NCBI RefSeq assembly: GCF_006345805.1
Contig: NC_043013.1
Location: forward strand, 3,534,001-3,598,000
From: Octopus sinensis
Taxonomy: Eukaryota
Length of the DNA: 64,000 nt
Direction: 5' to 3'
In this document: positions 37,801 to 51,872 of the stretch, piece after piece
Layout of the letters: each line of letters opens with the position of its first letter
How positions within the stretch are numbered: position 1 is the stretch's first letter
Translations under genes and position numbers: made by a program
Notes under the pieces: generated by a model
What the model was told of the DNA's origin: nothing
Databases searched by the model: none
What the model saw: only the letters and a program-made list of their open reading frames with translations

Positions 37801-40388
37801 CCCTACAAAGACTGGAAAGAAATAAAGCAAACATTTTGTTGGATCTGCAGTGCCAGAGTACATGAACAACACTACAACTGTGCCAAGAGAAACTAGGAAT
37901 AACAGGAATCAGATTTAGTGTGCAAGAGAAACAAGTGCACTGGTGTTGGTTCATAATGCATACAGAAATGGCTTATTGTATAACAAGGGCCAATCACAGT
38001 CGGTGGAACTTGTGGAAGATGTAGAATGAGGTAATAAAGGCCAATGTCAGGAACCTGAACCTCATGAAGGACATGATTGGTTGTATGTAGTGTTCAAGAC
38101 CCATCCAGCACTACAGGATCTGGAGTTCAAAAAGCATAATGCACACAAGTTCTGGGAGTAATGTTTAAGCAAACAAGTGGGTCACTCACCAATGTCCTTA
38201 ACAAGTCAAAATGCAGACTCCACACAACTGGGTCCCTCCTTCAAATCACCCCTCATTTTTACCATCCTTACTCTCCCACTGATGATTATCATCTACTTTA
38301 TACTAGTTTAAATCCATTCCTTACTCTTACCACACTCTTGCAATCATACAACCAACTCTCCTGATTCTTCCATTCTCCTTCTTGGACAAGCTGCCTCAAG
38401 GATAGATTCACTCACTCCATTACCACTAGTTATTTCTCTTACCTGCATCATTTAAATTACCCCCACACACCTACATAAAATGTGAGGTGTTCATTTATCT
38501 CCTCGATAAACTTCCAACCAGACTTTAACCTTTCAAATCCTTACATAAAGCACATACCGTATCTCAACTCCTTAGATACATGGTCATATCCTTAGTGCTG
38601 ATGCCATAAAAAGATCACCTACACCCAGCAAAGTAGGATGGGCACCGAACTGTAGAAATTATGCCAAAACTAAGACACTGGAGCAAAATATATTTCTCCA
38701 ACCTGCAGGATCCACTTAAAACATCCCATCTCTTAGCATAAAAAAACCAAGAATATATACTGAAACAGGCACGTGTGAAGATTCGTGTATGTATGTATAT
38801 ATATATATATATAAAATTTGTATATTATTTTACTGTCCAATTTTCTATGTTCTCATGGGTTGGATGGAATTAGTTGAAGCAGATTTTTCTGCAAACAGAT
38901 GAATTCCTGGCATCAAGCCTGCCTCAGCTGTTTCTAAGGTAATATTTTCCCATGACCAGACATTTTCGAATATTGAAAACAGCATCACAGTAACACTTGC
39001 TTATAATTATCACAGTCAAGGAAAGGATACAGGAACACTAGCACACGTGCGTACACACACTAACCAATTGTAGTTAGTGTGTACACACGCACGTGGCTGG
39101 ATTCTTTTAGTTTCAGTCTGTCAAACCTACTCAGGCTTTAGTCAGCCCAGAGCTATAGTAGAAAACATTTGCCCAAGGTGCCATGAAGTGGGACAGAACG
39201 CAAAACCAACACAGGCCTGTCTGTGTATACACATATATGCATTAGGTGTGTGTTTGCTGTGGAAATATTTCATCAGCATGTAAGAAATTTCTTTCTCTAC
39301 AGATAAACAGTTAACTATTTAGGGTATTGTAAAGAAAAAAGAAAAATGAAATGTCTTAAACTATGAACTATTTTTTTTGTTTTTGTATGAATCTTTAACT
39401 TTGTCCAACCAAGAAGAGGTTCTCTCCCCTTTAATAGCAATTTCATCAGGGGCAAACCGTGGTTTTTATATACAGTAATCCCCTGTTACGTTTCAAACCC
39501 CCACCCCAAGATAGGTGAAAATCCGAAGTAGAAACTGTACTGTATATTATTTTTATTGTCTTGATAATTTGAATACATATATTTTATTATAAATGTAAAA
39601 CAGCAGAGGAATAGACGTAAGCTTAAATAATAGGTGAACTGCAATATGGCAAGGGATTACTTTGTGTGTGTGTATACATATATTCATATTTAGTGATTCA
39701 AGGGCTGAGAGTTTCGTGTGCATTAACTTTTATATGTACCTATTATCCTTAATCTCTCCTGTTCACCTTGTACTTTCTCTCTCTTACCTGGGGGAGTCGT
39801 GTATTCAACTCTCCAACAAGACAACTCTTCCCATACCTCAATCATATTTTCACTTTCAATACTTATACCACACTCAGTTGAGGGGGACTTGTCTTCGAAG
39901 TAATTAATGACCTCGCTAGTGCCCCCCTCCACTACCGCCCCCCCAAAAAAGCAGACACTGTCCAACCATGCCACATGGAGAAAGGGATGTCAAATAATAA
40001 TAATTATGCATATACTTGTGTATGAACATATACATATGCATATGTGCGTATCTATATATATATATATATATACATACATACATACATATATATACACACA
40101 CAGTGTACAATTCAGTTCAATCAACTGAATAACCCATTCCAAATTCACATGCAAGCTGTCAACCATTCCAGATATACTCAACATAATTCTCAGGAATAAT
40201 CAGCATGCTAGTGTGTGAAACAAGGTTGTGCCTTTCAAATTACTGGTACAATCCACACAATTCTGTCAATCCACTTTTACAAGATTCAGATTAAACTGAA
40301 ACTACAGAAAATGACCTCTAAGATGCCAAGCACTGAATTAAAGTTAGGATTTTGTCGTTATGAAGGGAACATAACCATTTGGCCTTAT

Positions 40389-40439
<51 letters not shown>

Positions 40440-40440
40440 A

Positions 40441-40729
40441 TAAACATTACGTTGTATAATTAGGGTTCAGTAAAAAAATTTACTTTACCACACACCGAAC
40501 TTTTAGAAATAGCAGCCAAAAATTTTTAGCTATTTCCTCTACTATAAGAAAAGTCTCCCAGACAATTTCCCTCTATACCTACATGAATTATTTTTGAGTA
40601 TACATTGTCTGGGAGACTTTTCTTATAGTAGAGGAAATAGCTAAAATTTTTTGGCTGCTATTTCTAAAAGTTCGGTGTGTGGTAAAGTAAATTTTTTTAC
40701 TGAACCCTAATTAAACAACGTAATGTTTT
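40441..40729. mobile_element. Foldback/MITE-like element: 126-bp inverted arms, 37-nt spacer
   Basis: 40441-40566 vs 40604-40729 reverse complement, about 2 mismatches by eye. Confidence 0.8.
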
Positions 40730-40820
40730 AAATATACCGTAAATGGTCTTTTTACATACTGAACACTACTTAGTAAAATTATTAATTAATAATTAATTAA
40801 TTTTACCCTTTTATTATTGA

Positions 40821-40918
<98 letters not shown>

Positions 40919-41675
40919 ATACACACACACATTTACATAACCACAGGCACAGCTGCATGGTTACGCAATCCACCCCCCAACTACATTTTCAATTTGGTCA
41001 AGTGTCTTGAGCAGAACAAAATATTAACTGGATTTGGTAGATGTAAACCAGAGAAAGAAACCATCAGGTATGTCTTGACACCATAGAAAAGTTAACATAA
41101 ACCATCATCATCATCATCATACAACCAGTCTCTTACTTCCCAGCCACAGGGAAATAAAATATTACCTCTCTTACAAATGAGGGGGTTGGGTAACATGAGC
41201 ATCAGGCTGCAAAGAATTTTGCCTCTGCATTCCGAAACATGGGTGGGTTGAGATTAAAATGACAAATGTTATATATACATGTATATGAATATAAATATTA
41301 CCTCCCATAAAAACAAGGGCATCCAGATATAGAGAATTCCGTGTGATCCAAGCATAAAGAAGAACATTAAAATAATAATCACTACATAAATACATTATAC
41401 AAACATATATATAAGACCAAATATGCACAACCACCGCTACATACCCAAGAGGTATACTTCAGAAGTAGGATGGCACAAAATGTGACATGGATAGAGCTGG
41501 CACATAGAAGGCACTGAGAAAACCTCTACCCAATTTTTATCCACTTAATTTTATTTACAAGGCTGAGGATGACTTCAAACTTTGGTAAATGAGACATTCA
41601 CAACCATCAAATATCATGTCTATGGTGCAAACAACTTTGCCACTTCAAAATGCAAATCTCATACATTATATATAT

Positions 41676-42013
41676 GCTCAGGAGTGGCTGGTGTGGTATG
41701 AAGCTTGCTTCCTAACCACATGGTTTCGGGTTCAATCTCATTGCATGGCACTTTGGGTGTTGACTATAGCCTCGGGCCAACCAAAGCCTTGAATGGATTT
41801 GGTAGACGGAAACAAAGAAGCCTGTAGTGTATGTGTGTCTGTACCCTCACCCCACCATCACTTGTCAACTGATTTTCGAGTGTTTACATCCCTTGGCAGT
41901 TTGGCAAAAGAGATTGATTGAATGAGTATCAGGCTTACAATAAGTTCTAGGGTTGATTATTTTGACTCAAGGCGGTACATCAGCATGACCACAGTCAACT
42001 AGCTGAAACAAGT
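41676..42013 (+). mobile_element. SINE family A, diverged
   Basis: Homology to the other copies. Confidence 0.75.
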
Positions 42014-42221
42014 ATATATATAGGTGTGTGTGTGTGTGAATCTACAACTTTATGCACATGTCTGCACAGATTTACAGAAAAATGTATATCACAGGTATCT
42101 ATGCACATTCACATCTGCATTCACCTGTGAATGTACAGATGCGAATGTGTTCACGTGTGTATATATATGCATATGTTCACATGTATGTATATATATATAT
42201 ATATGCACATTTTCACGTGTA

Positions 42222-43622
42222 CATCATCATCATCGTTTAACGTCCGTTCTCCATGCTAGCATGGGTTGGACGGTTCGACCGGGGATCTGGGAAGCCAGAA
42301 GGCTGCACCAGGCTCCAGTGTTATCTGGCAATGTTTCTACAGCTGGATGCCTTTCCTAACGCCAACCACTCCGTGAGTGTAGTGGGTGCTTTTTACGTGC
42401 CACCTGCACAGGGGCCAGGCGAGGCTGGCAACGGCCACGTTCGGATTGGTGTATTTTACATGCCACCGGCACGGAAGCCAGTCGAGGCGGTGCTGGCATC
42501 GGCCACGAGTCGGATAGTGCTTTTTACGTACCACCAGACCAGGGATCCTGGCTGGTTTAATTCGATTTCGATTTCGCTTGCCCCAACATGTCTTCGCAAG
42601 CAAAGGGGGTTGGCATGGGTGCCTGTCGTCGGATGAGGTTCTATATCGACTTCGCTTGCCTCAACAGGTCTTTGTGTCCAAGGGAGGAAAGGCATTCATA
42701 AGTGGGCTGGGCTCACTTGTCCTGCCTGGTCTTCTCACGTACAGCATATTTCCAAAGGTCTCGGTCGCTGGTCATTTCCTCAGTGAGGCCTAAAGTTCGA
42801 AGGTCGTGCTTCACCACCTCGTCCCAGGTTTTCCTGGGTCTACCTCTTCCACAGGTTCCCTCAACTGCTAGGGATTGGCACTTTCTCACACACCTATCTT
42901 CATCCATTCTCGCCACATGACCATACCAGCGCAAACGTCTCTCTTGCACACCACAACTGATGCTTCTTAGGTACAACATTTCTCTCAAGGTACTAACGCT
43001 CTGTCAAGTAAGTACACTGACATTACACATCCATCGGAGCATACTGGCTTCATTCCTCACGAGCTTACGCATGTCCTCAGCAGTCACGGCCCATGTTTCA
43101 TTGCCCTGTAGCATGGCTGTTTGTACACATGCATCATAGTCTGCCTTTTACTCTGAGCGAGAGGCAGCAGAGTCACCAGCAGAGGTAAGAGCTCCCTAAA
43201 CTTTGCCCAGGCTATTCTTATTCTAGCAGTTACACTTTCAGCGCACCCACCCCCACTACTGACTTGGTCACCTAGATAACGGAAGCTATCAACTACTTCT
43301 AGTTTCTCCCCCTGGAAAGTGACGGAAGTTGTTTTCTGCAGATTTTCGGAGGTTAATGCTCCCGAGCATCTGCCACATACAAAAACTATCTTCCCAGTTA
43401 GCCTACCTTTGACATTGCTGCACCTCCTATGTGTCCATAGCTTACACTGGGTACTCTTCAGATCGAGCAGGGCCATCTTCCTGAAGACATTTGTGGATTG
43501 TCTACCTTCCTACTTATTAGTACTTTGGTTTTAGCTAGGTTGATTCTAAGGCTCCTCGATTCTAAACCCTCCTTCCACACCTGGAACTTCTCCTCCAGCT
43601 CTGATAGTGACTCAGCAATTAG
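42222..43622 (-). mobile_element. 5'-truncated RTE-clade LINE (RT C-terminal remnant, 3'UTR and (GAT)n tail)
   Basis: Frameshifted RTE motifs IAESLSELEEKFQVWKEGLES, VDSFRYLGDQVSSGGGC..SVTARIRIAWAKFRELLPLL, RRLRWYGHVARM, RGRPRKTWDEVV; tail TTAAACGATGATGATG. Confidence 0.9.
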
Positions 43623-43992
43623 AGCAAATAATGATAGTTAAATTTCATTTTACATTGAAGTAGCTATGTTTAATAACATTTTTAGACTTAATCTGCAGAC
43701 AATTTAAGATTAACTGTATCTTGGGACTCTTTAGCAGAGTTCACTTTGTTACAAGTATTTAGGCCAGGTTTCTAGAGTGATGCTAAATTTTGCTCTTCCC
43801 CTTCCAACTAGACCTTAAAAAGCCTGCATTTATGAAAACAACAATTCAATACAAGTGAGAGACAATCTCTAGTTTTAAAGTTCATTAAAAAACAGATATA
43901 TTTACCGAGTTGTCTTTCACAAGTTTCCCCATGGTTTATCTCAATGCTTGTAAGAGCCACTAAAAAATAGGATGGTCACAGTGGAAATGTTT

Positions 43993-44010
43993 TTGGTCAT
44001 AAGTCAGCAT

Positions 44011-44042
<32 letters not shown>

Positions 44043-44680
44043 TGTTCACGTGTATATATATATGCACATGTTCACGTGTATATATATATATATATGCATA
44101 TATTCAGGTATTTATATATGCACATATTCACGTTTATATATATGCACATTGATGTATATATATTCACACAAGTACATATTCACATATATGCACAGATCCA
44201 CATGTATAAATGCACTCACATGCACATGTATATATGCAATTCATATGTACATATTCACACGGACATGCGTGCATATTCACACATACACTCGCATGTATTG
44301 ACATATGCACATACATACACATTCACATGTACAGACATTTACGCATACCTATATATGCACATATTTACATATAAAAACATACATATATATACACATATAT
44401 ATTTACACACACAAGTACATTTTTACACACCTGCATATGCACATATTTACACACACACATACATATGTATATTTACATACACATACATACACATGTACAT
44501 ATGCATATATCTATATACATATTTATGTTTATATGCACATATTTACATATACATACATGTATATATGCACATATTTACACATGCATTATATATATATATA
44601 TATGCACATTTTACACATATAGATGTACAATGTAACGTATGCACACATATGTATAAATATACAGGCATTAGTTAGTTATG
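43993..44680. repeat. Long degenerate (CA/TA) minisatellite-like tract
   Basis: Repeating atatgcacatattcac-like units over approx 690 bp. Confidence 0.85.
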
Positions 44681-46589
44681 TTAGTTAGTTAATTTGGCTC
44701 AAAAGCAAATAGCAAGGCCATGTAGGGGGACATGGAGTTAAGTACAGGGTGGTGTTCATGTAAAGAGTTCAGGCCACTTGAGGTCAAGGGAGGCTTTGAA
44801 CACAGACATGCACTCACAAGCATAAATACACTCTTGCATTCACCTCCCATATTATCCATTGCATCTCCCCACCACTTTTCTCACTATCCAGAACCAACTC
44901 TGTGGCTGTCCCCTCACTAGAACCACTGAATTATTTTTCCTCGTGCATTATGCCCATTTTATCACTCCACTCCTGCAACCTACCCAAAGGTCTTCTCTCC
45001 CTCTCTTTCTTTCCTGCCACCACCGTCAACAGTGTTACCATATTGGTAGCAACCCAAACTCAGGCACCCTTCTCCCCTCAATCCCAACAGATGTCGCCAA
45101 CGTTCCTTCTTCCATTTCTTCCCCTACACGCTTTTGCAAACCTCTATTCTCCCCACCCACTACTGAACTTGCTGAGGTGCCACTCATTTTACTCTTTTAA
45201 ATGTGAACAGCCATGTAGTTCCTCTACAAAAAAACTGCACTACAACCTCTTCCTCTATACCTTAAACCCTATCTAACAGGGGCAACATCTACTCGCTAAG
45301 TTCGTTGATTTGCAAGCTACGTGGTGGCACGTGGCATGAATAAGGCTCCCAAGACACACTGTAAAGTGGTCAATATAAGAAAGTGTATCCAGCCACAGAA
45401 ATCATACCAAAGACATTTGTATACGATGCAGTCCTCGTCAAACCATCCAACCAATGTTCCATGAAGGCATGGAATATGGGCATTTGATGATGATATAACC
45501 TGTGTGAAGACCAGAGTCGCAAGAGACTGATTCTACCAAAATAATATATCATTCACCTCTATTATGGTACTGAATACTTCGTTGACAGCCAACACTAAAC
45601 AGATTATGTATATGTGTGTGTGTAAAACTATACATATATATACACACACAATTATATGCACATATACACTTACATAGCAATATAAATGAATATATACATG
45701 TGTAATATCACAATACATCTCTGATTATATATATAAAATACACACATACCATCATCATTTAACATCCATCTCCATGGTGGCATGGGTTGGACAGTTAAAG
45801 TGAAGCTGGCTAACCAGATTGTGCCAGCCTTTGTCTGTTTCGGTATGGCTTCTATGGCTAGATGCCCTTCCTCTGGATGCTTTTCACATGGCACTAACAT
45901 CAATCAGGTCACCAAGTAACTCACAAGACAAAGACACCTTCGACAGGAAAGTAGAGTAGTATGGGGGGGGGGTTGTGTCAATTGATGAGAACAGAGGGAT
46001 GGGTGTCTTGCTATAGAGACTAAATGGATACTCCAGATGGAGTGAGTAGGTAGAGAATACAGAGAAAGGTTTCATTAGAATATGGAGCAGAGAGTGTGAG
46101 GCAGAAGAGGTGACTAGAGCAAGTGATGGTAAAATATAGGAGTGGCTAGTGGGGGGGAGGGGTTATGACAGGCAGCAAGATAAGCAGGACCAGGATGGAG
46201 TGTAGCAAAGGGGAGAGAGCAAGGACTGAAGGTATAGAAAGGGAATGATTGGTGCAAATAGCGGAGGGGGGGGGTGAGAAATAGAAGTGGTTCCAGAGAA
46301 GTGGGATCAAAAGAGATGTTACGAGATGGGGCAGTACCCCCAGTCCTCACACATACAAGAATACTCAAGTATTTTAAGATATCACGTCTACTGTGGTAGG
46401 TATCTTCTCCATAAGGATCAGTATACTGAGATCAGCTTTCAACAATACTTCATCCAATATCTTCTTGGGTCTCCCTCATCTCTAAGTTCCATTCAGTGAG
46501 TGATTAGCACATCTTTATGCAACTATATCCTCGTCCATATGCATCACATGAACTAGTGGTCTTCTCTTGCACACATATATAACGCACAC

Positions 46590-46634
<45 letters not shown>

Positions 46635-46825
46635 GCGCATGCACACAGTCAACAGCTGAGATTCAGAGATGCTCCATATAGAAAACACGTATTAGTGCTC
46701 AAATAATTTGAGTTTACACTCCAAAACCTTTATTGAGGACTATGTCCATAGAACAAAGAGTGGCTACAAAAGGATTCCAAATGAGCTGATATGGAGATGA
46801 TGTAAATAAACAATACTTACACGGG

Positions 46826-47253
46826 TGGTATTCTTTTGATATGACTCCACAAAATCAAAATAATTCAATGTGGCTGTTTCTGTGTCTCGTCAATGGGAGG
46901 AGGAGAAGAAAGCTAAGGGGTTGTACTTGTGAGTGCGTGCTTGTTCTCATGTTTGTGTGTGTCCTGCTCTGTTTTTATGTATTTATGTGTTGTGGAACAT
47001 AGATATAACGAAATTATGCCAGCAATGTCTCATTTTAAACTTGAAGAAAGCCTTGTTATTTTCAACAGAGACAATACTTTTATGAATCTCATAAAATGCG
47101 TGAGGCAGTCCCTCTTTTTCTCCATGCATGTAGCTTTCTTCGCCTCCTCCTCCCATTTCGTCAACTGACAGTTGACAAGACAGACACGTGCTTTCACGGA
47201 AACAGCCGAATTAAAGTGTTTTGACTTTGTCGAGTCATATCGAAAGAATACCA
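46826..47253. mobile_element. MITE with approx 35-bp TIRs
   Basis: tggtattcttttgatatgactccacaaaatcaaaa ... ttttgactttgtcgagtcatatcgaaagaatacca. Confidence 0.7.
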
Positions 47254-49011
47254 TAAATTTTAAATATAGGGTAAAAATTAAATATCAATTTTTTACCAGT
47301 GGCCAGCGCGAGTAAAACTGTCCGTAGACTACAAATATTATATTATATGTGTGTATAAAAGAAATGGAAGTCCAATCCCAATAGCTTTCCGTGGTTTGGG
47401 ATTCAACTCCCATTCCTAGTGTGATGGAAAACCACTTAGTGGCTTTCATCAGTGTATAACTCTTATACACACACATATATGGGGTTATATATATACACAC
47501 ACACACACACAGATATATATATATAAATACAATAGGTATAAATATACAAATATTAACACATTTTCAAATATATCTATACATATATACACACACCTGTATA
47601 TAAATTTAACAGGTATAAATATACAAATATATTAATATATATTCACAAATATATCTATACATACACACACGTGTATGTGTGTGTGTGTATACATACTACA
47701 CTGGTGGCAAACCATTGCCAAATGCATTTTGATTTCGCAAACTGTCGTGCGATTTCATGTTCGCTTTGGTAGCCAGCTTTTGACAGAAAGATGTCGGTCG
47801 CAAAGATTGCATTTCCAACTCTTAATCTGTCTGATACATTCACAAAACCTCTTTTTTCAAGTTCGTTTTAACTGTGCTGAACGCTAGAAATACCTTCCTT
47901 CACCAAAGACTACCGTCCATCTCGACTATCAGACAATCTATCTTCCCAGAACTGAGCATCTTTTCAACACAAATGCACAGCTATACACATACAAATACAT
48001 TTAGACATATATAAATGTATGCACACACTCGTATATACACATATTAATGCATAACCATAAATGTATATATATATAAACATGTATACCCATATATAAGCAT
48101 ATACAGGTGTGTGTGTGTATGTATTATTCATATATACATACATAGGCGAGCGTCCGTATCTATTCCTACATTTTAACGCTACGCAAATGTTGTGATCGCA
48201 ACCAATAGTGAAACTAGATTTCGATACGTTTCTGATGGCATCAAAGACTCACTGATTTCAGCAGCGAACACATTTCAGCAAGAAATATTTATTTAGAGCA
48301 TTAATTGCATGTAATAATTATGCCCAGCTTCGCATAGAAGACCTTTTCAGAATTTTCTTCTCAGAACAAAATGCGTTTTATCTGCCATCCAATACGGAAA
48401 TAATATTATCGATACCCGATTGATTTGTTAAACCTACCCACATACGCTCTCCACTCAGGCCCCTCCCTCCCCGGCTACTTTGTTTCGTCATAACTTTTTT
48501 AAAAGTGCGTACTTTAAAACGAAAATTTCAAACACATTTTTGATTGTGGAGATTAGGATTATACCAACATTATTTTTTTTTTTCCTCATTGAAATTGTTT
48601 CGGATCATTCTGTTTCTTATAATTATCTTTAAATTACATTTTTCAGAAATGTATAGTTCTTCAGGAGTGCAGATTAGATTAGGGTTTAATATTAAACGGT
48701 TCGTTTGCTTTCACTTTTGTGAAGTACGTCGAATAGGAAATCAATAAGGATTTGAATTATTTCAAGTTTTGTGTCGTTTTAGGGGGTTTTTGTTTCTTTT
48801 TTATTAGAGTCAGAATTTATATAATGCTAATTATATTTTTGTTTTTCTTTTTGTTGGGTTTTTCTATGCCGGCAGCAAAAAAAAAGGGGCTTGCAACAAA
48901 ATGAAGAAAATGCACCTTTTGAGGAAACTTATAATTAAGGCCCTGAAAGAAGATTCACTTGTAACAATTCTTTCATTTGCACCAAAGTGATGCTGTAAAC
49001 TCGAAATCGCC

Positions 49012-49052
<41 letters not shown>

Positions 49053-49780
49053 CGTGTGTGTATGTGTGTGCGTGTGTGTGTATATATATGTGCATGTAAT
49101 CTACATTTGTTTTAATGTGCAAATTATTCTTCGATCTTATTTCTATGTTCTCGTGATTTTAATATGATAATTATTTGCCAAATATAAGAAATATAAAATT
49201 TGCTCAATAATTTTTCTACCTTTAAAATATTTGATCAGTTTCGTGTTTAATATATGAAAATATATAAATTACACAGAAGAAAATTTCATCTAGAAAATTA
49301 AAACTTTGTCTTGTCTTGTATGAAAATGAGGAGAAAGGTCAAAAGTAGGCAATAATTTGGGAGAAAAGTGTCTTTTTCGATTTATTTTGTCAACCGTTGA
49401 ATGCGATTACAAGATTAGTCGTAAGGTGTAAAGGGGTTTATTGTTGTAGCCATGGTAGGTAGGTTGGTCCTTTAGCGGTGGAGAAGGCAAACAAAAGGGT
49501 TTCGTGAGCGGAAAAGAGAAAGAATGGCGGACAAAGACGAAGAAGAAGGAAATAAATTAGGAGGGAAAAAAGAAAAAATGATCAGACACAGAAAAATCTT
49601 GTAATTTAACGACGAAAAATGGTGAAAGAAACTATGTTAGCGAATTAAGAACATATAAGAAGAGGTTTTTTAAGAAAAAACTTGTGGGATTCGTCGAAAA
49701 AAGTGAGAAAAAAGACGTAAAAAAAGGCGAAGGTGAGAAAATGGTGAGGAGGAAGAAGAATGTATTTAAGGGTTTCATAC

Positions 49781-50018
49781 CTTTAGGGAATACGGAGATA
49801 TAGACAAGGTTTCCCCATCCCTCATCTGGCGGGTGAAGACGGCCGTCGGTGAGCCGGACCCCGCGCATGCCACATGTTTCGGGGTTTCGATATTTGAGGC
49901 CGCAGGCTCCGGGGAACTGAGCGACCAGAGTGGTGAGCAGCAATGCCCCATCTTCTTCGGTTGGGACTTCGATCGGTTCGTCGTTCTCATCTTCAGCAAC
50001 TTGGATGTACTGGCTCAT
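49781..50018 (-). CDS. TARDBP: TDP-43 coding exon 1 (N-terminal domain, aa 1-79 plus first base of D80)
   Basis: Translates [79 protein letters not shown], an unmistakable TDP-43 NTD. Acceptor ttcag|G lies 1 nt before the ATG and the donor is AAG|gtatg at 49780. The 238 coding nt match my recollection of human exon 2. Confidence 0.97.
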
Positions 50019-50118
50019 CCTGAAGAGTTTAAGCAACACAAATATATATATATATATATATATCAAGTACTGAAGAAATTTAAGTTTAGGGGGTCTTTTT
50101 TTTGGCTATTCTTTTTAC

Positions 50119-50235
50119 CTCGGGATGTCGTTAGTTGCGATCAAAAAAGATAGAGAAACCAACGAAGACGGTCGCACGAGTGGAAATATGGCGGAATGCT
50201 CTTCAACGATTCTCCTGGTCTCGCGCTACGCTGAC
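50119..50235 (-). other. TARDBP: Probable non-coding 5'UTR exon of TDP-43
   Basis: Donor GAG|gtaaaa at 50118 gives a 99-nt intron to the acceptor at 50020. A pyrimidine-rich acceptor ttttttcttttgaaatcag| precedes 50235. CpG-rich; contains CCGCCATATTT. Confidence 0.6.
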
Positions 50236-50421
50236 CTGATTTCAAAAGAAAAAATTAAATTTTCACACACATAATTATCTTACGTATACAAAATTACTTT
50301 TAAATAATCAAAACTTAACGATTAAATATATTTAAATGTAAAAACTTGACGTAATAATTATATTTACCGAAGCTGCGAGAGAAACGACGCGTTTTGATTG
50401 GTTGATTTTTCGAAATCCCGC
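50184..50421 (-). promoter_or_regulatory. Putative TDP-43 core promoter / first-exon region
   Basis: YY1-type CCGCCATNTT at 50194-50184; CCAAT at 50401-50397; CHR-like TTCGAA at 50409-50414; E2F-like GCGGGA at 50421-50416; donor TCG|gtaaat at 50367; locally CpG-rich. Confidence 0.5.
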
Positions 50422-51375
50422 TGTTCTTCTTTTATTTCTTCCTCCTCTCCAACGGTTTCCAGGCTGTTCAAAGGTCAACCGTCTCCCCCCTCCTTCCTCC
50501 TCCAATGTCTCCCTAAAATACTTCGTCATTTTTCTTTTTCTAATTCCTTGCAATATTCAGATATTAAAAATAAGAATCTTTATACTTAAAATGTAGTTTT
50601 ATAATAGAATCAACACTGATTTTTTTTCTAAAGATATTTTATACTATGCTCAACCCCCTTAAATACCCGCCCTTTTTTTTTTCTTCCTTTACATGAAGAA
50701 TTTATAAATTATGCAATTAATTAAAATTTTACTTCACAAAAATATCAGATTAATTACTCAGTTAAATATTTTATTTCATATTAATATAAGGAAATAAGCC
50801 TCAACTTTTCTCAGTTTACGCATTTAAATTTTATTCCATAAACGCATCATCTAAAAAATGTTCTCTAAAACCGTTTTCTCTCTCAGATTCCCAAGTGCTG
50901 AGGTGAATTTTAAAATTCTAACGTCTACCGGAGGACGGTTTTACCATAATTTTCGTTATGCCATGGAAAATAAAATATATTTCGAGTCTTTATATTGCGT
51001 TTAAATTAGAAAATTGAGAAATATTTGATAATTTCTTTTACACACATTTAGTACAATTTAGTGGGATTTCGTTTTAAGAGTATCTACGGCTGGCAGCAAT
51101 AAGCCAGGAATTCTTGTCTGCTACTACTGATTAGAATAATGTCAGTTGATCAACGAATCTCAACTGGGAACACCACATCAGGCTCACCTTGTCTCTATTT
51201 AGAGTGCTTGCCCGAGGTATTTTCCCTCAGCCATATTGTTGAGTCATCATACTCACCATATTACCTGTTTCAACACATATATATACATATATATATATAT
51301 ACGGGAGAGAGGGAAATTATACATATATATACTGTATATTTATATACGCACATACATATCTGTGTGTGCGTGTAA

Positions 51376-51415
<40 letters not shown>

Positions 51416-51424
51416 TTGTATTAA

Positions 51425-51630
51425 ATCGTTGGACTGCGGCCATGCTGCAGCACCGGCTTGAAGGGGTTTAGTCGGCGTCATCGACCCTAGTACTTATTTA
51501 TTTATTTTTAAGCCTGCAACTTATTATATTAGTCTTTCGGCCGAAACACTAGATTAAGTTACAGGGACGTAAACACACCAACACCTGTTGTTAGGCGGTA
51601 AGGTGGGGACAAACACCGACAAAAAGACAT
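51425..51630 (-). mobile_element. SINE family A, 3' half
   Basis: Homology to the other copies. Confidence 0.7.
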
Positions 51631-51753
51631 ACAAAGACACATGCAGATGTATACATGTATATATGTATATCTATATATGTGTGTGTGCGTTTCTTTATAT
51701 ATATATATATATATACACATACATACATGTATATATCTGTATGTGTATACAGA

Positions 51754-51789
<36 letters not shown>

Positions 51790-51812
51790 TATATATATAT
51801 ATAATATATATA

Positions 51813-51872
<60 letters not shown>

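Larger units (their letters stand above)
34898..49780 (-). other. TARDBP: TDP-43 large intron (14,883 nt), filled with TEs and microsatellites
   Basis: GT at 49780 and AG at 34899-34898; phase 1 on both sides joins K79-D80 in frame. Confidence 0.92.

Noticed and set aside
37730-38560. CR1/L2-like LINE remnants here and at 44860-45280
   Set aside because: The composition is suggestive but I could not read diagnostic motifs with confidence.
34898-49780. Strand bias toward UG repeats on the TDP-43 pre-mRNA
   Set aside because: (CA)n and (TG)n tracts occur on both strands in similar numbers by eye.
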